Source: Agathobacter sp.
GTDB lineage: Bacteria; Bacillota; Clostridia; Oscillospirales; Acutalibacteraceae
DNA: 62,509 nucleotides
Assembly (NCBI GenBank): GCA_963656085.1
Contig: CAVKHV010000001.1
Coordinates: 1-62,509, forward strand
Direction: 5' to 3'
Both the position numbers and the translations under genes were made by a program. The notes under the pieces are model-generated. The model saw only the letters and a list, made by a program, of their open reading frames with translations. It was not told the origin of the DNA and did no database searches. This document shows positions 29,388 to 42,600 of the stretch, piece after piece. How positions within the stretch are numbered: the stretch's first letter is position 1; each line of letters opens with the position of its first letter.

Positions 29388-30362
29388 GTGGATCAAGATT
29401 CAATGGTGGTAGTTCCCACCCTAAACAGAAAAAGAACGTTTGGCGAGCAGATGCTGCATAACATTCCGTATATTATGCTCTGCATTCCTGCGGTCATCCT
29501 TACGATAATATTTACCTATGTTCCGATGTACGGAATACTTATTAACTTTAAAAGTTACAACTATATTGACGGTATTATGGGCAGTCCCTGGATCGGACTT
29601 GAAAACTTCCGTTATATAGTCGCTTCGGATCAGTTGTATATACTCGTCCGCAATACCGTGCTTTACCGTGTCGCTTCAATAGTTACGGTAAACTTCTTCG
29701 CAGGAATGTTCTTCGCGCTGCTGCTTTATGAAATAAGAAGCAGAATTGCAAGCAAGATATATCAGACTTCAATGCTTATGACAAGCTTTGTTTCTGTATC
29801 CTGCGTGCTTTACATAATTATTCTCCTTTTCGATAATACTCAGGCGGGTATAATCAACTCGGTGCTTATGTCATTCGGGCGGAAAGAACCGATAAACTTC
29901 TTCTCCGTTCCTGCCGTTTGGCCGCCGATAATCGTTTTTGCCGATTTCTGGCAGAATGCAGGTCAGGCAGCGCTTTACTTCTTTGCGGCGCTTTTGGCTA
30001 TAGACCCCTGCCTGTTTGAAGCTGCAAACCTTGACGGTGCCGGAAGACTTAAACAGATACGCTATGTATCATTACCCGAAATGCTCCCGATGGGCTGCCT
30101 GGTTCTCATAACCCAGATGGGTAGTATATTCTCCTCCGGTCTTGGTCTTAACTACTTTATCTCTCAGTTGACCGACGGTAATGTTCTTAAGGTTATTAAC
30201 CAGTTTGCGATGTACACCTTTGAACAAATGACTTCGGGACGTGAGGGCAGTATGGGTATAGCCGCCGCCACCGGCTTGGCAACAAGCCTTATCGGACTTG
30301 TTATGACCCATACGGTAAACGCAATAGTAAAGAAAATCAACGCAAACAACGCACTGTATTAA
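29388..30362 (+). CDS. CUT1-family sugar ABC transporter permease (LplB-like)
   Basis: Six TM segments and the EAA loop EAANLDGAGRLKQIRYVSLPEM. Confidence 0.85.
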   Translation: MDQDSMVVVPTLNRKRTFGEQMLHNIPYIMLCIPAVILTIIFTYVPMYGILINFKSYNYIDGIMGSPWIGLENFRYIVASDQLYILVRNTVLYRVASIVTVNFFAGMFFALLLYEIRSRIASKIYQTSMLMTSFVSVSCVLYIIILLFDNTQAGIINSVLMSFGRKEPINFFSVPAVWPPIIVFADFWQNAGQAALYFFAALLAIDPCLFEAANLDGAGRLKQIRYVSLPEMLPMGCLVLITQMGSIFSSGLGLNYFISQLTDGNVLKVINQFAMYTFEQMTSGREGSMGIAAATGLATSLIGLVMTHTVNAIVKKINANNALY

Positions 30363-30381
30363 AGAAAGGAGCAGATAACAG

Positions 30382-31254
30382 TTGAAACAAAGTAAACTTT
30401 ATATGACAATTGTGCATGCACTCCTTATTCTTTGGACAGTGATATGTATTCTCCCGGTAATAATGATAGTTATTGTTTCATTTACGGATGAGCAGACTTT
30501 TGTTACCGAAGGATTTAAATTTATTCCGAAAGTATTTTCTCTTGCCGCGTGGAAAGTTGTATTTTCATCGGGCGGTGCAATGCTCAGGGCAATATTCCTT
30601 ACAGTAGGTGTGGCAATTGTTCAGCCGCTGATGTGCCAGATTTTGGCTATGATGATTGCCTACCCGATGTCGCGCCCCGACTTTATTCTTAAAAAACCGC
30701 TTACATGGTTCTATATGCTGCCCATGTTCATAAGCGGCGGTATGCTTTCAAGTTATATTTTGATGACAAACTGGTTGAAACTCGGCGATACTATTTGGGT
30801 CTATCTGATCCCCGGCGTCGGTCTTTGGGGAATAATCCTCTACCGTAACTGCTTTAAACAGGTTCCCGCTTCACTTATTGAAGCCGCAACGATTGACGGT
30901 GCAACCGAAATGCAGGTTCTTTGGAAAGTAGTTCTTCCGATGTCGCGTTCAATCTTTGTAATTCAGTATTTTATGGGTGCTATCGGTTCCTGGAACGATT
31001 ACGGTGCTTCGCTTATGTACGTTTCGAACCCGAAATTGTGGAAGATTCAGTATTTGATATTCCGTATGCTGAAAAATCAGGAGGCTGAAAAACAGGCGCT
31101 TGGTATAACCGGACTGGATAAGGACGTTTTCCCGCCGGATAAAACCCTTAACTATGCAATGTGCGTGGTTGCTATTATACCTATTATTTGTATATTCCCG
31201 TTCGTGCAGAAATACTTTGCAAAAGGTATTGCCGCAGGTTCGATTAAAGAATAA
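30382..31254 (+). CDS. CUT1-family sugar ABC transporter permease (LplC-like)
   Basis: EAATIDGATEMQVLWKVVLPMS. TTG start after RBS AAGGAG. Confidence 0.85.
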   Translation: MKQSKLYMTIVHALLILWTVICILPVIMIVIVSFTDEQTFVTEGFKFIPKVFSLAAWKVVFSSGGAMLRAIFLTVGVAIVQPLMCQILAMMIAYPMSRPDFILKKPLTWFYMLPMFISGGMLSSYILMTNWLKLGDTIWVYLIPGVGLWGIILYRNCFKQVPASLIEAATIDGATEMQVLWKVVLPMSRSIFVIQYFMGAIGSWNDYGASLMYVSNPKLWKIQYLIFRMLKNQEAEKQALGITGLDKDVFPPDKTLNYAMCVVAIIPIICIFPFVQKYFAKGIAAGSIKE

Positions 31255-31276
31255 TTAAACGGAGGTAATTATAATT

Positions 31277-32923
31277 ATGATTAAAAAGATTTTAGCCATG
31301 CTTCTTTGTGTTGCAATGATTGTTCCTGTTGCAGGATGCGGCGGAAGCAAAGGCGCAGGCAGCGATATGAGTAAAGATGTTACGCTGACATGGGCAATTA
31401 TGAGTGAGCATTACGGTCATGCAGATGATGACCTGGTGTTCAAAGCTTTCAACGAAAAACTTAAAACACTCCTCCCCCACACAACCGTTAAATTCATTTC
31501 TTTGGATTCCGAAAACTGGTCAAGATGGATGGCGGGAAACAAAGAGGTTGACATTGCCTGGTCCGGTTACCTCTATGACATTGAGTCGCAGGCTCGCCAA
31601 AAGGCTTATCAGCCGCTTGACGACCTTGTAGAAAAATATGCGCCCAATATCCAGAACGAACAAAAGACCTGGGTCGACGCTTACAGAAGCGGCGAGGTTG
31701 ACGATAAACTTTATGCAATTCCGAATATGCAGCCCTGGATTAAAGAAACTCCTTATGTTCAGATTCCTGCTCAGCTTTATCAGTATTTTGATACCGATGC
31801 GTTTATTAAAGCTCTTCGCAGCGACCCCCACACGACCGAAGAAGTTTATCAGGTTCTTACTAAATTCCTTGATACAATAAAGGCTAACGGCGCTATCAAC
31901 GGTCAGGGACTTACCGGATTTGCAAGCGATGTGCTCGGTGTGTTCGCTACAAGGGGCTATGAAGCACTCGACAGCGGCAACAATGTTTATTATGACGCAT
32001 TTGCCGACACTGTAGAACCATTCCAGTGGGTAGGCTCCGAACCGTGGTTGCTTTATATTAAATATAAAAAACTTTGGTATGAAAAAGGCTTCTTTAACGA
32101 CAGTAAGAATGCTTCGTCCGGCTCAAACCTTGATGCCATTTCAACCAAACAGCAGGGTATGTGGTTCGATTCATTCCTTGATGTTGATACGGAAAAAGGT
32201 CTTTTCACCGAAAAAGATAAATACGGCGAAATAAAATATAACTGTATTCTCATTAATTCGCGCGACCAGATGTATAACGGCGTTTCAATCTGCGGTTCCG
32301 AGGCTTCTTACAGCATTATCCCGAGAACTGCCGTCAACCCCGAACGCGCTATAAAACTGCTTGATTTGTTGCGTACCCCCGAGGATGCCGAAAACGGTAA
32401 AGAAGTTAAGGAACTTGTTGACTTGCTCGTATGGGGCTTTGAAGGTGACCCGGACCTTGACGAAGAGACCGCGGCGGAAGAACATAAACATTACTACAGA
32501 ATAGATGTAGACGGTGACGGTGTGGCAGAAGCCTGCAAAGGTTATGATTACATCAACCAGCCCTCCGCAAAAAGCACATACGGTATTCCGCTCTGGATTG
32601 TTGATAACTCATTCATTCCTTCGCCTCCGGAATACTATCTCGCAGGTCAGAAAGAATATGCCCTTGACTATTATCAGAATGTAAGAAACAACGTTCTTCA
32701 CAAAACCCCGGTTTACGGTATGCGCGTAAGCAATGCTAAAATATCCAATCAGCTTACAAATATTTCGTCGGCATCAAAAGAATTCGGCACTATATATAAA
32801 TCAGGCGCTGATTTTGACAATCAGTTGGAGAAATTCAAAGCCGCGCTTAAAACTGCAGGCGTAGATACTGTTCTTAAAGAAATGCAGACGCAGTGCAAGG
32901 AATATATTGCAAACAATAAATAA
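31277..32923 (+). CDS. Large extracellular solute-binding lipoprotein (LplA-like)
   Basis: Lipobox VAGC|GG and a ~548-aa family-1 SBP typical of Firmicute glycan loci. Confidence 0.85.
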   Translation: MIKKILAMLLCVAMIVPVAGCGGSKGAGSDMSKDVTLTWAIMSEHYGHADDDLVFKAFNEKLKTLLPHTTVKFISLDSENWSRWMAGNKEVDIAWSGYLYDIESQARQKAYQPLDDLVEKYAPNIQNEQKTWVDAYRSGEVDDKLYAIPNMQPWIKETPYVQIPAQLYQYFDTDAFIKALRSDPHTTEEVYQVLTKFLDTIKANGAINGQGLTGFASDVLGVFATRGYEALDSGNNVYYDAFADTVEPFQWVGSEPWLLYIKYKKLWYEKGFFNDSKNASSGSNLDAISTKQQGMWFDSFLDVDTEKGLFTEKDKYGEIKYNCILINSRDQMYNGVSICGSEASYSIIPRTAVNPERAIKLLDLLRTPEDAENGKEVKELVDLLVWGFEGDPDLDEETAAEEHKHYYRIDVDGDGVAEACKGYDYINQPSAKSTYGIPLWIVDNSFIPSPPEYYLAGQKEYALDYYQNVRNNVLHKTPVYGMRVSNAKISNQLTNISSASKEFGTIYKSGADFDNQLEKFKAALKTAGVDTVLKEMQTQCKEYIANNK

Positions 32924-32965
32924 CCAGCATTAAACTCAAGACCCCTAAAGAAAGGAGCAACCGGT

Positions 32966-34828
32966 TTGAAAAGACAGATTATATCAAAAATATTTGCTGT
33001 CGCCTTGGTCGTAATAATAATTTCGGCCCAGGTGGTAATGCCGGCTTCGGCTGCGCCTGTCGCATCAAAAACCGCTTCCTTCACTTTGAAATTGGACAGA
33101 GAGAATTCTACATATGACCGTGATGAAACCGTGTTCGCCACATTCGTGGTGAATACCGGTTTCAAGGATGTAAACGGATTTGACTTTTCGATAAATTATG
33201 ATACCAATGCGCTGACCTATGCTGAAAAATCCATTTCGTTCCCTTCGGGATCCGTAAGCGAAGTTTCGGTTTACAGCAGGCAGATCGCCGGTGTTTTAAA
33301 CATAGCGTGGGAGTCGGATAAGTCCGTTTCAATTCCTGACGGAAGTACCGTTTTCACTCTCCGTTTTAAGGTCAACAGTGATGTAAAAGACAGTATTCAG
33401 GCAACGACCATAACAGTCAAATTGAACAGTATGTATACCGATGTCGGTTCACATGTTTTTCAAAGATTCGACTTTTCTGCCGCAGCGCCTACCGCGACCG
33501 TACTTATCGGTACAGCAAAAACTTTGTCCGAAGTGGTGGCGGACGCTATAAATGCAATCGGCACGGTTGAACTCACTGACGAGTGCAAATCAAAAATAGA
33601 ATATGCTGTCAACCTGTATTATTCTCTGCCCTTGACTCAAAGAAGCAAGGTGGCGGAAAGTCAGATACTTTTTGCTGCTATGGAAAAATATGAGGAATTG
33701 CTGCAGGATTCAAAAGACGGTTCAAAACAGGTGGCGACGGAATATCTCGCTAAATATAAAGATACGATAGATATTCCGCTTGATAAGGTTTCAAAATCCG
33801 ATCTTGAAGCCGTAAAAGAAGCATTTAACGAACTCCGCAAACTTTCATTGCAGGCTCAGGCAAGGCTTATGACCGAAAGGACCAAACTTGCCGCAATGCT
33901 TGAAAAAATAGCGAAGGGCGACAACCCCGATCAGCCTGATAATCCCGACGATCCTGACCCCGATCCTACGGATCCGGATCTGCCCGATGATCCCGATTCC
34001 AGCTGGAATGATTTTATCAAAGAATTCAGAACCAAATTTAATGAGGATATCAAAAGTTCGGACGAACTTATTGAATTCATCAAAGATATAATCAGTAAGG
34101 GCACGGAAGGCGTTAACGTTGATCAGTCCGACAAAATAATAGAGGCTATTAATAAGGTAAAAAGCGTGGCTGAAGACCTTGCTTCAGGCGACGAAACAAG
34201 AAAGAATTACGGCATTAAAGAAGTAGAAAAAATCTTCGGTGCCGGCAATTATGAAAAATTGCTTAAAATACTTAAATACCTTGAGTATTTGAGAACGCCC
34301 GAAATGGTTGAGGTTCGCAAATTCTTAGACGCATACGAAGGTGTGCTCAATATAGATATTGACGATCTTCAGCCTTCGGACAGGGTTGAGGTATTCGGTG
34401 CATACGCAGTTTTCAACTGGCTCAGCAGTTCGGTACAGTCGGCGTTAAACGATTATACCAAAGGCCGCTACGGCGGTCTGAATGCCGGGAAAAAACTCGG
34501 CGAATTGTTTGATGCAATGCTCGCACTTGAGGATATCACCGACGAAGATGTTGACGATGAGATCACTACCGATGATGACGGTAACACATATATCGACGCC
34601 GGGGAAGACCCTGCGGAAGAAATAATCCAGGAAACGATCAAAACGATCAATAAGAATAAAGTGATATACAAAACCGGTGCCGGCAACTACATTCTTAAAC
34701 TCGCACGCCGCGAAATCGGCGCCGTGGTTTGGGTTCTGTTCTGTCTGTTAGGCCTTTCGGCAGTAATCTTTGCAACCCTGCGCATTGTTTATTACAATGT
34801 CAATAAATCCAAAAGAAAGGGGATATAA
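32966..34828 (+). CDS. Membrane-anchored cohesin-like domain protein (candidate mini-scaffoldin)
   Basis: Signal peptide. The N-terminal ~140-aa beta-sandwich has a cohesin-like pattern (FTLKLD...ETVFATFVVNTGFKDVNGFDFSINYDTNALTY...GVLNIAW...GSTVFTLRFKV). It is followed by helical repeats, a PD-rich linker (PDQPDNPDDPDPDPTDPDLPDDPD) and a C-terminal TM segment (VVWVLFCLLGLSAVIFATLRIV). Confidence 0.6.
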   Translation: MKRQIISKIFAVALVVIIISAQVVMPASAAPVASKTASFTLKLDRENSTYDRDETVFATFVVNTGFKDVNGFDFSINYDTNALTYAEKSISFPSGSVSEVSVYSRQIAGVLNIAWESDKSVSIPDGSTVFTLRFKVNSDVKDSIQATTITVKLNSMYTDVGSHVFQRFDFSAAAPTATVLIGTAKTLSEVVADAINAIGTVELTDECKSKIEYAVNLYYSLPLTQRSKVAESQILFAAMEKYEELLQDSKDGSKQVATEYLAKYKDTIDIPLDKVSKSDLEAVKEAFNELRKLSLQAQARLMTERTKLAAMLEKIAKGDNPDQPDNPDDPDPDPTDPDLPDDPDSSWNDFIKEFRTKFNEDIKSSDELIEFIKDIISKGTEGVNVDQSDKIIEAINKVKSVAEDLASGDETRKNYGIKEVEKIFGAGNYEKLLKILKYLEYLRTPEMVEVRKFLDAYEGVLNIDIDDLQPSDRVEVFGAYAVFNWLSSSVQSALNDYTKGRYGGLNAGKKLGELFDAMLALEDITDEDVDDEITTDDDGNTYIDAGEDPAEEIIQETIKTINKNKVIYKTGAGNYILKLARREIGAVVWVLFCLLGLSAVIFATLRIVYYNVNKSKRKGI

Positions 34829-34831
34829 ATC

Positions 34832-36640
34832 ATGAAAAACAAAGCAAAAGCCCTTAAGTTTTCATCCGCTCTCCTTTCGATGGTAATTGCGGCTTCTTTA
34901 TTCATAATTCCCATCTCAGCCGTGGATAAAGAAACACCGTTGAAAGAACTGGCAAAATTGCCGGAAATTAAGGAAGAAAATCCTTATTTTACGGAATATA
35001 ATATTGATTCCGACGCCGAAGCGGATTACTCCATAACCCCATATAAAATTTCAAGTAAATTTTATGACGGTAAAAGGGTAAACTCCGGCAGAAATGTTGT
35101 TACAAACCCCAAAGGGAAAACACGTACTCTTGAGAGTAATGAGTACGCTATGCAAACAAACGCAGCCGTTCTTTGGTACGCGCGTGACGATGTTTCGTTT
35201 ATGTACCGTAAATATCCTATATCGCAGGATAAGAACGATTCAATAACCTTTTCAGCTACCATAGATGTTGACAGTATTTCGGGCAAAGGCGGCGCCAATA
35301 TAACCGGTGCTGCATCTGTCGGATTGCTTCTCCGTTCAACTCTTGACGAAAACTCGTCCTTCTTTTGGCTCAATGTCCGCTCTAAGAATGAGGTTCATGT
35401 TATTTATCGAACCGAAAACGGCGCAATGGCAATAGAGAAAAAACTTTGGAAAGAGTGCAAATCCGGAAAAGTAAAACTCTCTATCAAAAAAGTGGCTACA
35501 AAGGTCTATTTCGGTTATCAAAGAATCGGTACCGACCGTGAAATGGTCTGGTCAAACTCACCCATTGTCATAAAAGCAGCCGACGCTACCGCACCGTGGT
35601 ATTGCGGCGTCGGTGCCCATTCGTCCGACCCGAATAACCCGATTTATTTCGAGTTCTCGGATTTCACCGCAGAAGGTACAGCCGGAAGAAGCGGCGCTGC
35701 CTGGAACGACGATGAGGGCAACCTCAACGGTCACGGCGGCAGCAGCGACCCCGACGATCCCGATAATCCGGGCGGCGACGATGACGATAACTACCGTCAG
35801 GACCCGGATACAAGCAATATAACCGCCGATACTCTGTTGATGGAAACATTTACGGATAAGGACTTGTTTAATAAGCCTACCACGGCGACCAACCCGATGT
35901 GGGATATTTCGTTGGCGGATCAGGCAAAGTTCGAAACAGTGGATAAAAATATTGCATGGCTTAACAGTTACGAAACCGAACCGGGCTATATCGGCAACAG
36001 TGATTGGACCGATTATACCGCAAGTTGGGACTTTAAGTACAAGGCGGGCAACACCCCGAACTTTGATTCTGCCCAATATTCAAACACCGTTTCATTTTTT
36101 GCAAGGCATAAGATGATTCCGATGTACGGTCATTTAAGTGCGTTTGTTTCAATCAGACCGTATTCTATCCCCAAAAAGGACGGAAATAACCCTGTATATG
36201 ATGAAAACGGCGATGTTGTAATTGCCTCCTGTGCAACAAGAATTTCCCTGAAATTCGAGCAAAATAACAAAACCCAAAACTTAGGTGATTTGGGATGGGA
36301 AGCCGCAGTCCAGACTATACCGAATGTTGATATTTCTCAGGATGACACCTGGCATAACATTCAGCTGCGTTGTTTTGACAATGTCTTTACGGTATACCTT
36401 GACGGTGAGCAAATTATTACATACAAATATGAAACCGACGGTACACAGAGAAAGAGCGTACCTACCGGAAATATCGGCGTTGCCGTAGGTGACGGTGAAG
36501 TTTATTTCGATAATATTATCGTAACAAAACTGGAAGATCCGTTCGGCGGTGATTACGACAATATGCTCCAGGGCTCATATGACCGTACAACACCTAAATA
36601 TATTCAGGAATGGCAGGCAAAAGGTCTTCCTGTATATTAA
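34832..36640 (+). CDS. Secreted protein with two jelly-roll (LamG/DUF1080-like) modules joined by an acidic PD linker
   Basis: Signal peptide. The C-terminal module ends WHNIQLRCFDNVFTVYLDGEQI...GNIGVAVGDGEVYFDNIIV, typical of DUF1080/LamG-like domains. Confidence 0.55.
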   Translation: MKNKAKALKFSSALLSMVIAASLFIIPISAVDKETPLKELAKLPEIKEENPYFTEYNIDSDAEADYSITPYKISSKFYDGKRVNSGRNVVTNPKGKTRTLESNEYAMQTNAAVLWYARDDVSFMYRKYPISQDKNDSITFSATIDVDSISGKGGANITGAASVGLLLRSTLDENSSFFWLNVRSKNEVHVIYRTENGAMAIEKKLWKECKSGKVKLSIKKVATKVYFGYQRIGTDREMVWSNSPIVIKAADATAPWYCGVGAHSSDPNNPIYFEFSDFTAEGTAGRSGAAWNDDEGNLNGHGGSSDPDDPDNPGGDDDDNYRQDPDTSNITADTLLMETFTDKDLFNKPTTATNPMWDISLADQAKFETVDKNIAWLNSYETEPGYIGNSDWTDYTASWDFKYKAGNTPNFDSAQYSNTVSFFARHKMIPMYGHLSAFVSIRPYSIPKKDGNNPVYDENGDVVIASCATRISLKFEQNNKTQNLGDLGWEAAVQTIPNVDISQDDTWHNIQLRCFDNVFTVYLDGEQIITYKYETDGTQRKSVPTGNIGVAVGDGEVYFDNIIVTKLEDPFGGDYDNMLQGSYDRTTPKYIQEWQAKGLPVY

Positions 36641-36694
36641 ACACAGTAACAAAATTGGTTTTAACCAGTACAGACCATTATGGGAGGTATCACA

Positions 36695-39600
36695 GTGAAA
36701 AAGCATAATCTTAAAAGATTATTGGCAACTGTGCTTGCTTTAACATTAATTGCTTCAACAGTGCTTATTACGGGCGCTATCCAAAGCAAAGATGTTTATG
36801 CAACCGAAACCGTCACATTTGACTTTTCGGACAGCGATAAATTTGCCGATACTCTTAACTCCTTTAAATCGTCCTCGTTGACGGTTAGTGGTGCGGATCC
36901 GGTGGATTTTGATAATGTGTTTAAAAAAGGGACCGACGGTCTTGATTTGACAGGCGACACAAAAACAGTTTCCGCTATTGCATATAAAGATGCAAACGGC
37001 AATGTTTTAACCCCCAAAACCGCTTCTTTAAAAACCGTGCCCGGAACAGACGGCGTTTCTTCGCTCTTTGTTTACGCAAAATCGGCAGACGGCGCTGCTT
37101 ATTATGCAGCAGCTCTTAAAACCGAATCAAATAAGGCTACGGTTAACGAAGTTGAGGACGATTATTCAAAAACCACCCTTATTACCTATGCTGTTTCGGT
37201 TGCCGATAATAAAGTAACCAAAATTGAGCAGACAGGCTCTAAGGAACTCACCTTTAAAAATTACTACGACCTTAATGTGGAAAATGCGAAAGATGAGATA
37301 GGAATATTCTCTTATTTCGATGTTTCCGATAAAACGGCGAAGGCTATAAAATATGCGGATATTACCGCTGTTTCATACGATATATCCGTTTCGTATGACG
37401 AAGGCAAGGCTGTTTTCGGCGGCAATGTAAATGTTAAATCTTCCGCCACTTCCGGAACCAAAAAATTTGCAATATCAGCCGATGCCGCTATGGCAGATAC
37501 CGATTTGAATACCGTAGGTTTTGCCGCAGCCGATAATGATACGACTGTTGCGAAAATAACTGCGGAAGTCGGTATTACCGAAGTGGATGTCCGCGCAACG
37601 GTTGACGCTTTTAAGGCAAAGGTCAAATCTGAAATTTACTCTAAACCTATCACGCAGAACAGTGAAACCGCTTTACAGAATTTGTTTGAAGAATACGATA
37701 AACTTGACGACAGCGTTAAGTATTTCTATTCGCTTGACGAACTTAATTCAATTAAAAATACTATAGACAGCGGTGTCGCATACTACGATACTTTTGACGG
37801 TATAGACTACTTTAACTCCGAAAAGTATTGGGAAGTAGTTTCAACCTGGGATGAAAATATGCGCTACGGCACCTCTAAAAATCCCGAGAGCGACGGTGAT
37901 CTCACCAACACTACGGACAGTACAAAGGTAGGATATTGGGGCATTATTGATGACGGAAACGGAAACAATGTTCTTAATATCAGGCGTAACTTCCATTACG
38001 GAACCAATCCCGAAAACCCTCAGGACAATGTAAGCACCGCAAGGCACTCGGTTCTTTATAATCTTAAGGACAGTGCGGGCGGCGATAATAACGCGAGCCT
38101 GTATGAATTTTCGGCAAAGGTTTACAACACCGGCGAAGGTGCGATGAAGAGTTTCCTTGTTCTTCAGTATGACAACCCCACCGATGCGCCCTATACATGG
38201 ACCGGTGTCACCCTCTATGCCAACACTTCAAAAACCACAATCTATACATATGTTTCCAAGCCGAACGCAAACGGTACAATAGGCTTTACAAACAAGCAGG
38301 GATCCAATGCTACTACGGCGGATGCCACAGTGCCTGCCTTTAAGGCTAAACAGTATCTTGATATAACTTTCAAATACAACTTCTCAACAAACGGATACGA
38401 TATTACCGTAACCGGACTTGAAAACAAGACCAATGAAGTCATTACCGCTACCGCTTTCTATGCGGTTGACGCTCCGGTAAAGGGCATATATATCGGTTCG
38501 CAGGGCAAAAATGAGAAGAATGCTGTCGGCTTTGACGATATTTCCGTTACATATGTCAGTGCTAAGCATGTAAGTTATCTTATAAACAGCATCGGCGAAA
38601 TAACCAAGGATAATGTTATTCAAAAGCAGGATACGATTAATAACGCTACCGAACTTATGAACAACTTGTCAGAGGAAGAAGCCGCTAAACTGTCGGATGC
38701 GGATCGCGAACTTCTTTCGCAAAAAGCCGAAGAAGCCGAGCGTGTATTTAAAGAATATATTGCCGAGAATACCCCGCTTAATATGATGGATTTTGAGGAC
38801 GGGACTGCCGTTGCCTTTAAATCAAGCGGTGCAGCTTACGGTGTAGTTGATAATGACCGTGCGAACGACCTTAACGCATCTTCCAAGATACTTTCGGTTG
38901 TCGGTTCAAATTCAGCTGCTAACAAATCTGCCGCATATATCGCTCAGTCATATATTCAAAATAATATGCACACCGTTTCTATCGACGCTTATATTGACGG
39001 TACAAACGGGCCGCTGATGTTCTTTGATTATAAAGACAGCGAGAACTGGACGGCGGTTTACCCGACATATGAGTCTACTAAACTTTACCTTACCGCAATC
39101 GGCCGCACTTCAAGCCTTGCCTTAAACGGCAGCGGCAACAGGGTAATGAAGTATGATATTACCTATATGAAGTCGGTTGACAGTGCGAAAGACTATAATA
39201 AATCATGGGCAAAATTCATTTTCTCATACAATGATTCCGGATATGTAACCGTGAAAATTCTCTTTGCCGACGGTAATATCGGCGAGCCGATGTACAATGA
39301 TGTTACAAACGGCGGTTTATCGGATAGGTCGCTGTACTGGAATATTGATTGCCGCAGCGGCAGTGTTGCTACCGGCTTCGGTGTTGGCTCTAACGGTACG
39401 GCAACTGCGTATTTTGATAATATTTCTATCAACACGGTAGACACCGAAAGTGACAGTTATTCGGATGCCGCCGCATTTATAAGTGAATACGAAGATATCC
39501 TTAAACTCACCCCGAACACTTTGTCAAATACCGACATTTCACAGTTGGATAATGCAATTGCGGATTACAACGGATTAAGTATTGACGCTAAAAAATATGT

Positions 39601-42600
39601 CCCGACAGCCGAAGAAGTGCTTTATACATTAAAGGACGCTTCAATTTCACTTGATTCGGCGTTGGACGATTCGGCGGCGGTCGTTACCGATAAAACCGAT
39701 TATTCCAAACCGTTTACAGACCGTTTTGAGAGCGGATATGCTTCAAAATGGTACAGGAATATGGTAAGCGGCTGGGGTAATATGGAAATTCGTTATACCG
39801 GCGAAACCGATAAGGCCGGCAACATAACGAATAATGACCACACTGATGATGAGGGCCATTTCCTCCTTACAGACGCTGCCAGCGGTGAATATTACTATAA
39901 CGTAATGTCAACCGAATACAGCGATGCATATGACGCGGATGAGGATGGCATTATCAGAATAGCTCTTGATACAGAGGCAAATAAGTGGTATTATTTGGCA
40001 ACCACGCAGGTTGACGGTAAAGAAGAACATGTCAAGAAATTTTTAGAGGATAAATCTTCTTCGGTTTCGGAAAATAATAAAGCCCTTTATATGAAATCGC
40101 TTCAGAGTTTCTATACCCCTAAAGATAAGTTCCTTCCGTCACAAAGAAGAATAAGCAGCGTTTCAATGACAGTGTGGCCCGAAAATGCGAATAATACCAA
40201 CTCATCGTCCACAATCAAGATTACAACTGCTTATAAAGATCAGAGTAACTATTCGTTTATTGAACTTTATAACAATAATAATCTCTACTATTTCAAAATA
40301 GGCAGTTGTGTTGATGGTGCCGAAACGGCTACAACCGTCGGTAACACTACCCTTCTGTCGGCTGATAAGGTATATGTTACTTATACTTTATCCGAAGTCG
40401 GAAGAATCAATATCATCTTGACCGATCAGCACGGCAACACATTCCAGCAGGGTGCTACGCTGCCTAATATCACCTGGGGCTTTGCAATTTCAGCCTTTAA
40501 AAACGTCGGCGTGTATTATGATAATATTCAGTTGACATATCAAAAGGCAGGGTGGGAAGACAGCGATCTTGAAGATGTAACCGATATAGTTATGTATTAT
40601 ACTTCCAATACATTCCTTGACCCCGATTCGGTAGTCCTTCTTCAGGGTGATAATCTTTACAAGACCGTTAAACAGGTTGAAATTATGCCGGTTAACGACG
40701 TTACAACTGCCGGTGCAATTCCGAAATACATAAGCCGCACGGGTTATGATTATAACGGCGTTGTCTATTATGATGTTGACGGTAATGCGGTAACAAGAAA
40801 TGCGAATACCGGCGAGTGGTGCTATACCGACAGTACCACGGGCAAACTTGTAAGACTTAGCGAAACCAAACAAAAATGGTATTACGAGGATAACGGAGAG
40901 GCGGTTTATCTTGAGAAAGCTGCAACCGTTAAATCCGAACATCATATTGACCCGTTGCCGAACGGCGATATTTCCAATGTTTGGAATAATTCCGCGGCGC
41001 AGAAGGTGGATATAGTTCAAAAAACCTATTCGTCACTTAAATTTATACTTGACGAAAACAGCAAAACCGGTATCTATCTTCTTAAAATAACCGGCGTCAA
41101 TAAAGATCCGCTTACAAATAAAAACAAGGTTCTGTATTATTACCTTAACGCCCCGTGGATCGACTATACTTTGGGCAGTGACGGTGAAACCACCGCCCCC
41201 GGTAAGACTATCGACATTATCGGCGAAAATCTTGCGCCGCATATTGACGATGCGCTTGCCGCCCTTAATTCTTCAAGTTCCGATTATGCAGTTCAGCGTG
41301 ACGCTATACTTTCATCGGTTAGTGTTTATATGACCGACGGAACGCATAATTACAACCTTGAAATCAGCGATGTACCCAGCGATTACAGAATCAGGGCTAC
41401 TATCCCGACCGATGTTTATATGGAAAACGGCGGGAAAACCGAATACGAAATTATGGTTCACAGTAATTACGGCGACGACTATACATGGTCAATCCCCTAT
41501 AAAATTTATGTTGCCCCCGATGTAAGGGATTCCTGGGGCGACAAGGTTTACAGCATTAAAGAGTTTAATTCCAATGTCGGCAATACGCTTTATAATGCTG
41601 CACCGGTAGTTACACACGCTATGGACTACATTTCGCAAAACGGCGGCGGCACGCTTTATTTCCCGGCAGGCTCTTACAGATTTGACTGCCCGATAGTAGT
41701 GCCCGAAAATGTACGCCTCGTCGGCGAAAAGAAGGAATATGTTCAGTTCCTTTGTGCTGACTATTATTATGAAATAGGCGATTTGCCCAAGTCATTGTTC
41801 TTCTTCGGAAGCAATGCCGAGTTTAAAAACATTTCGGTTTATGCGGAACGTACCGGCGGATTTGTTGCCATGTACGGCGAAAAATCCGAAAACGTGTACT
41901 TTGAAAACTGCCGCTTCTGGTATCAGGTTGACGCCGGGAACCTTTCAATTCAGGGCCCCGTAATGTCAACGGTAAACGAATGCTATTCAATGATAATGAA
42001 CGAAAGCAAGAGTTTCCTTATCTATGTGCAAGGTGATTCAAGCAACATTCATTTTGATAATTACACGCAAAGGGCTCAGGTGCTCGGCAAAGACCATCGC
42101 CCGATAGTTGTTTATGAAAACTATGCCGAATATTGGGTGCTCAGAGATTTCTGGACCAACGGCGGTTGGGGCGAGTTCTATGCCAATAAATCAATGCTTG
42201 ACGGCGGCGAGAGTGTAGACTGTGCTTTGGGTGCTTGGAGTCACGGAATGTATATTCAGGATTGGTACTTCAACACCCGTGCAAACAACAACCATGAAGC
42301 CTATGTTGCGGATATGTCGTGTGACTATGCGGCAACAACCCTTACGGCAGCATATGACGAAAACGGCAACCGAATGCTTGACGAAAACGGATTGCCCACG
42401 GTATATAAAGTGTCCATTACGGGCAAAGACGAAAGCCTTAGGGGAATGCAGGTCTATGTTTACGAAGGATACGGTGAAGGTCAGGCGAGAACCGTTGTTA
42501 AAGCGGTCACTAATGACGAAGGCGGCAAATATGTCTACCTTGACAGACCGTTTACCGTCGGTGTTGTGGGCGGTGTTACAAGATGTAATATCCGTAAAAA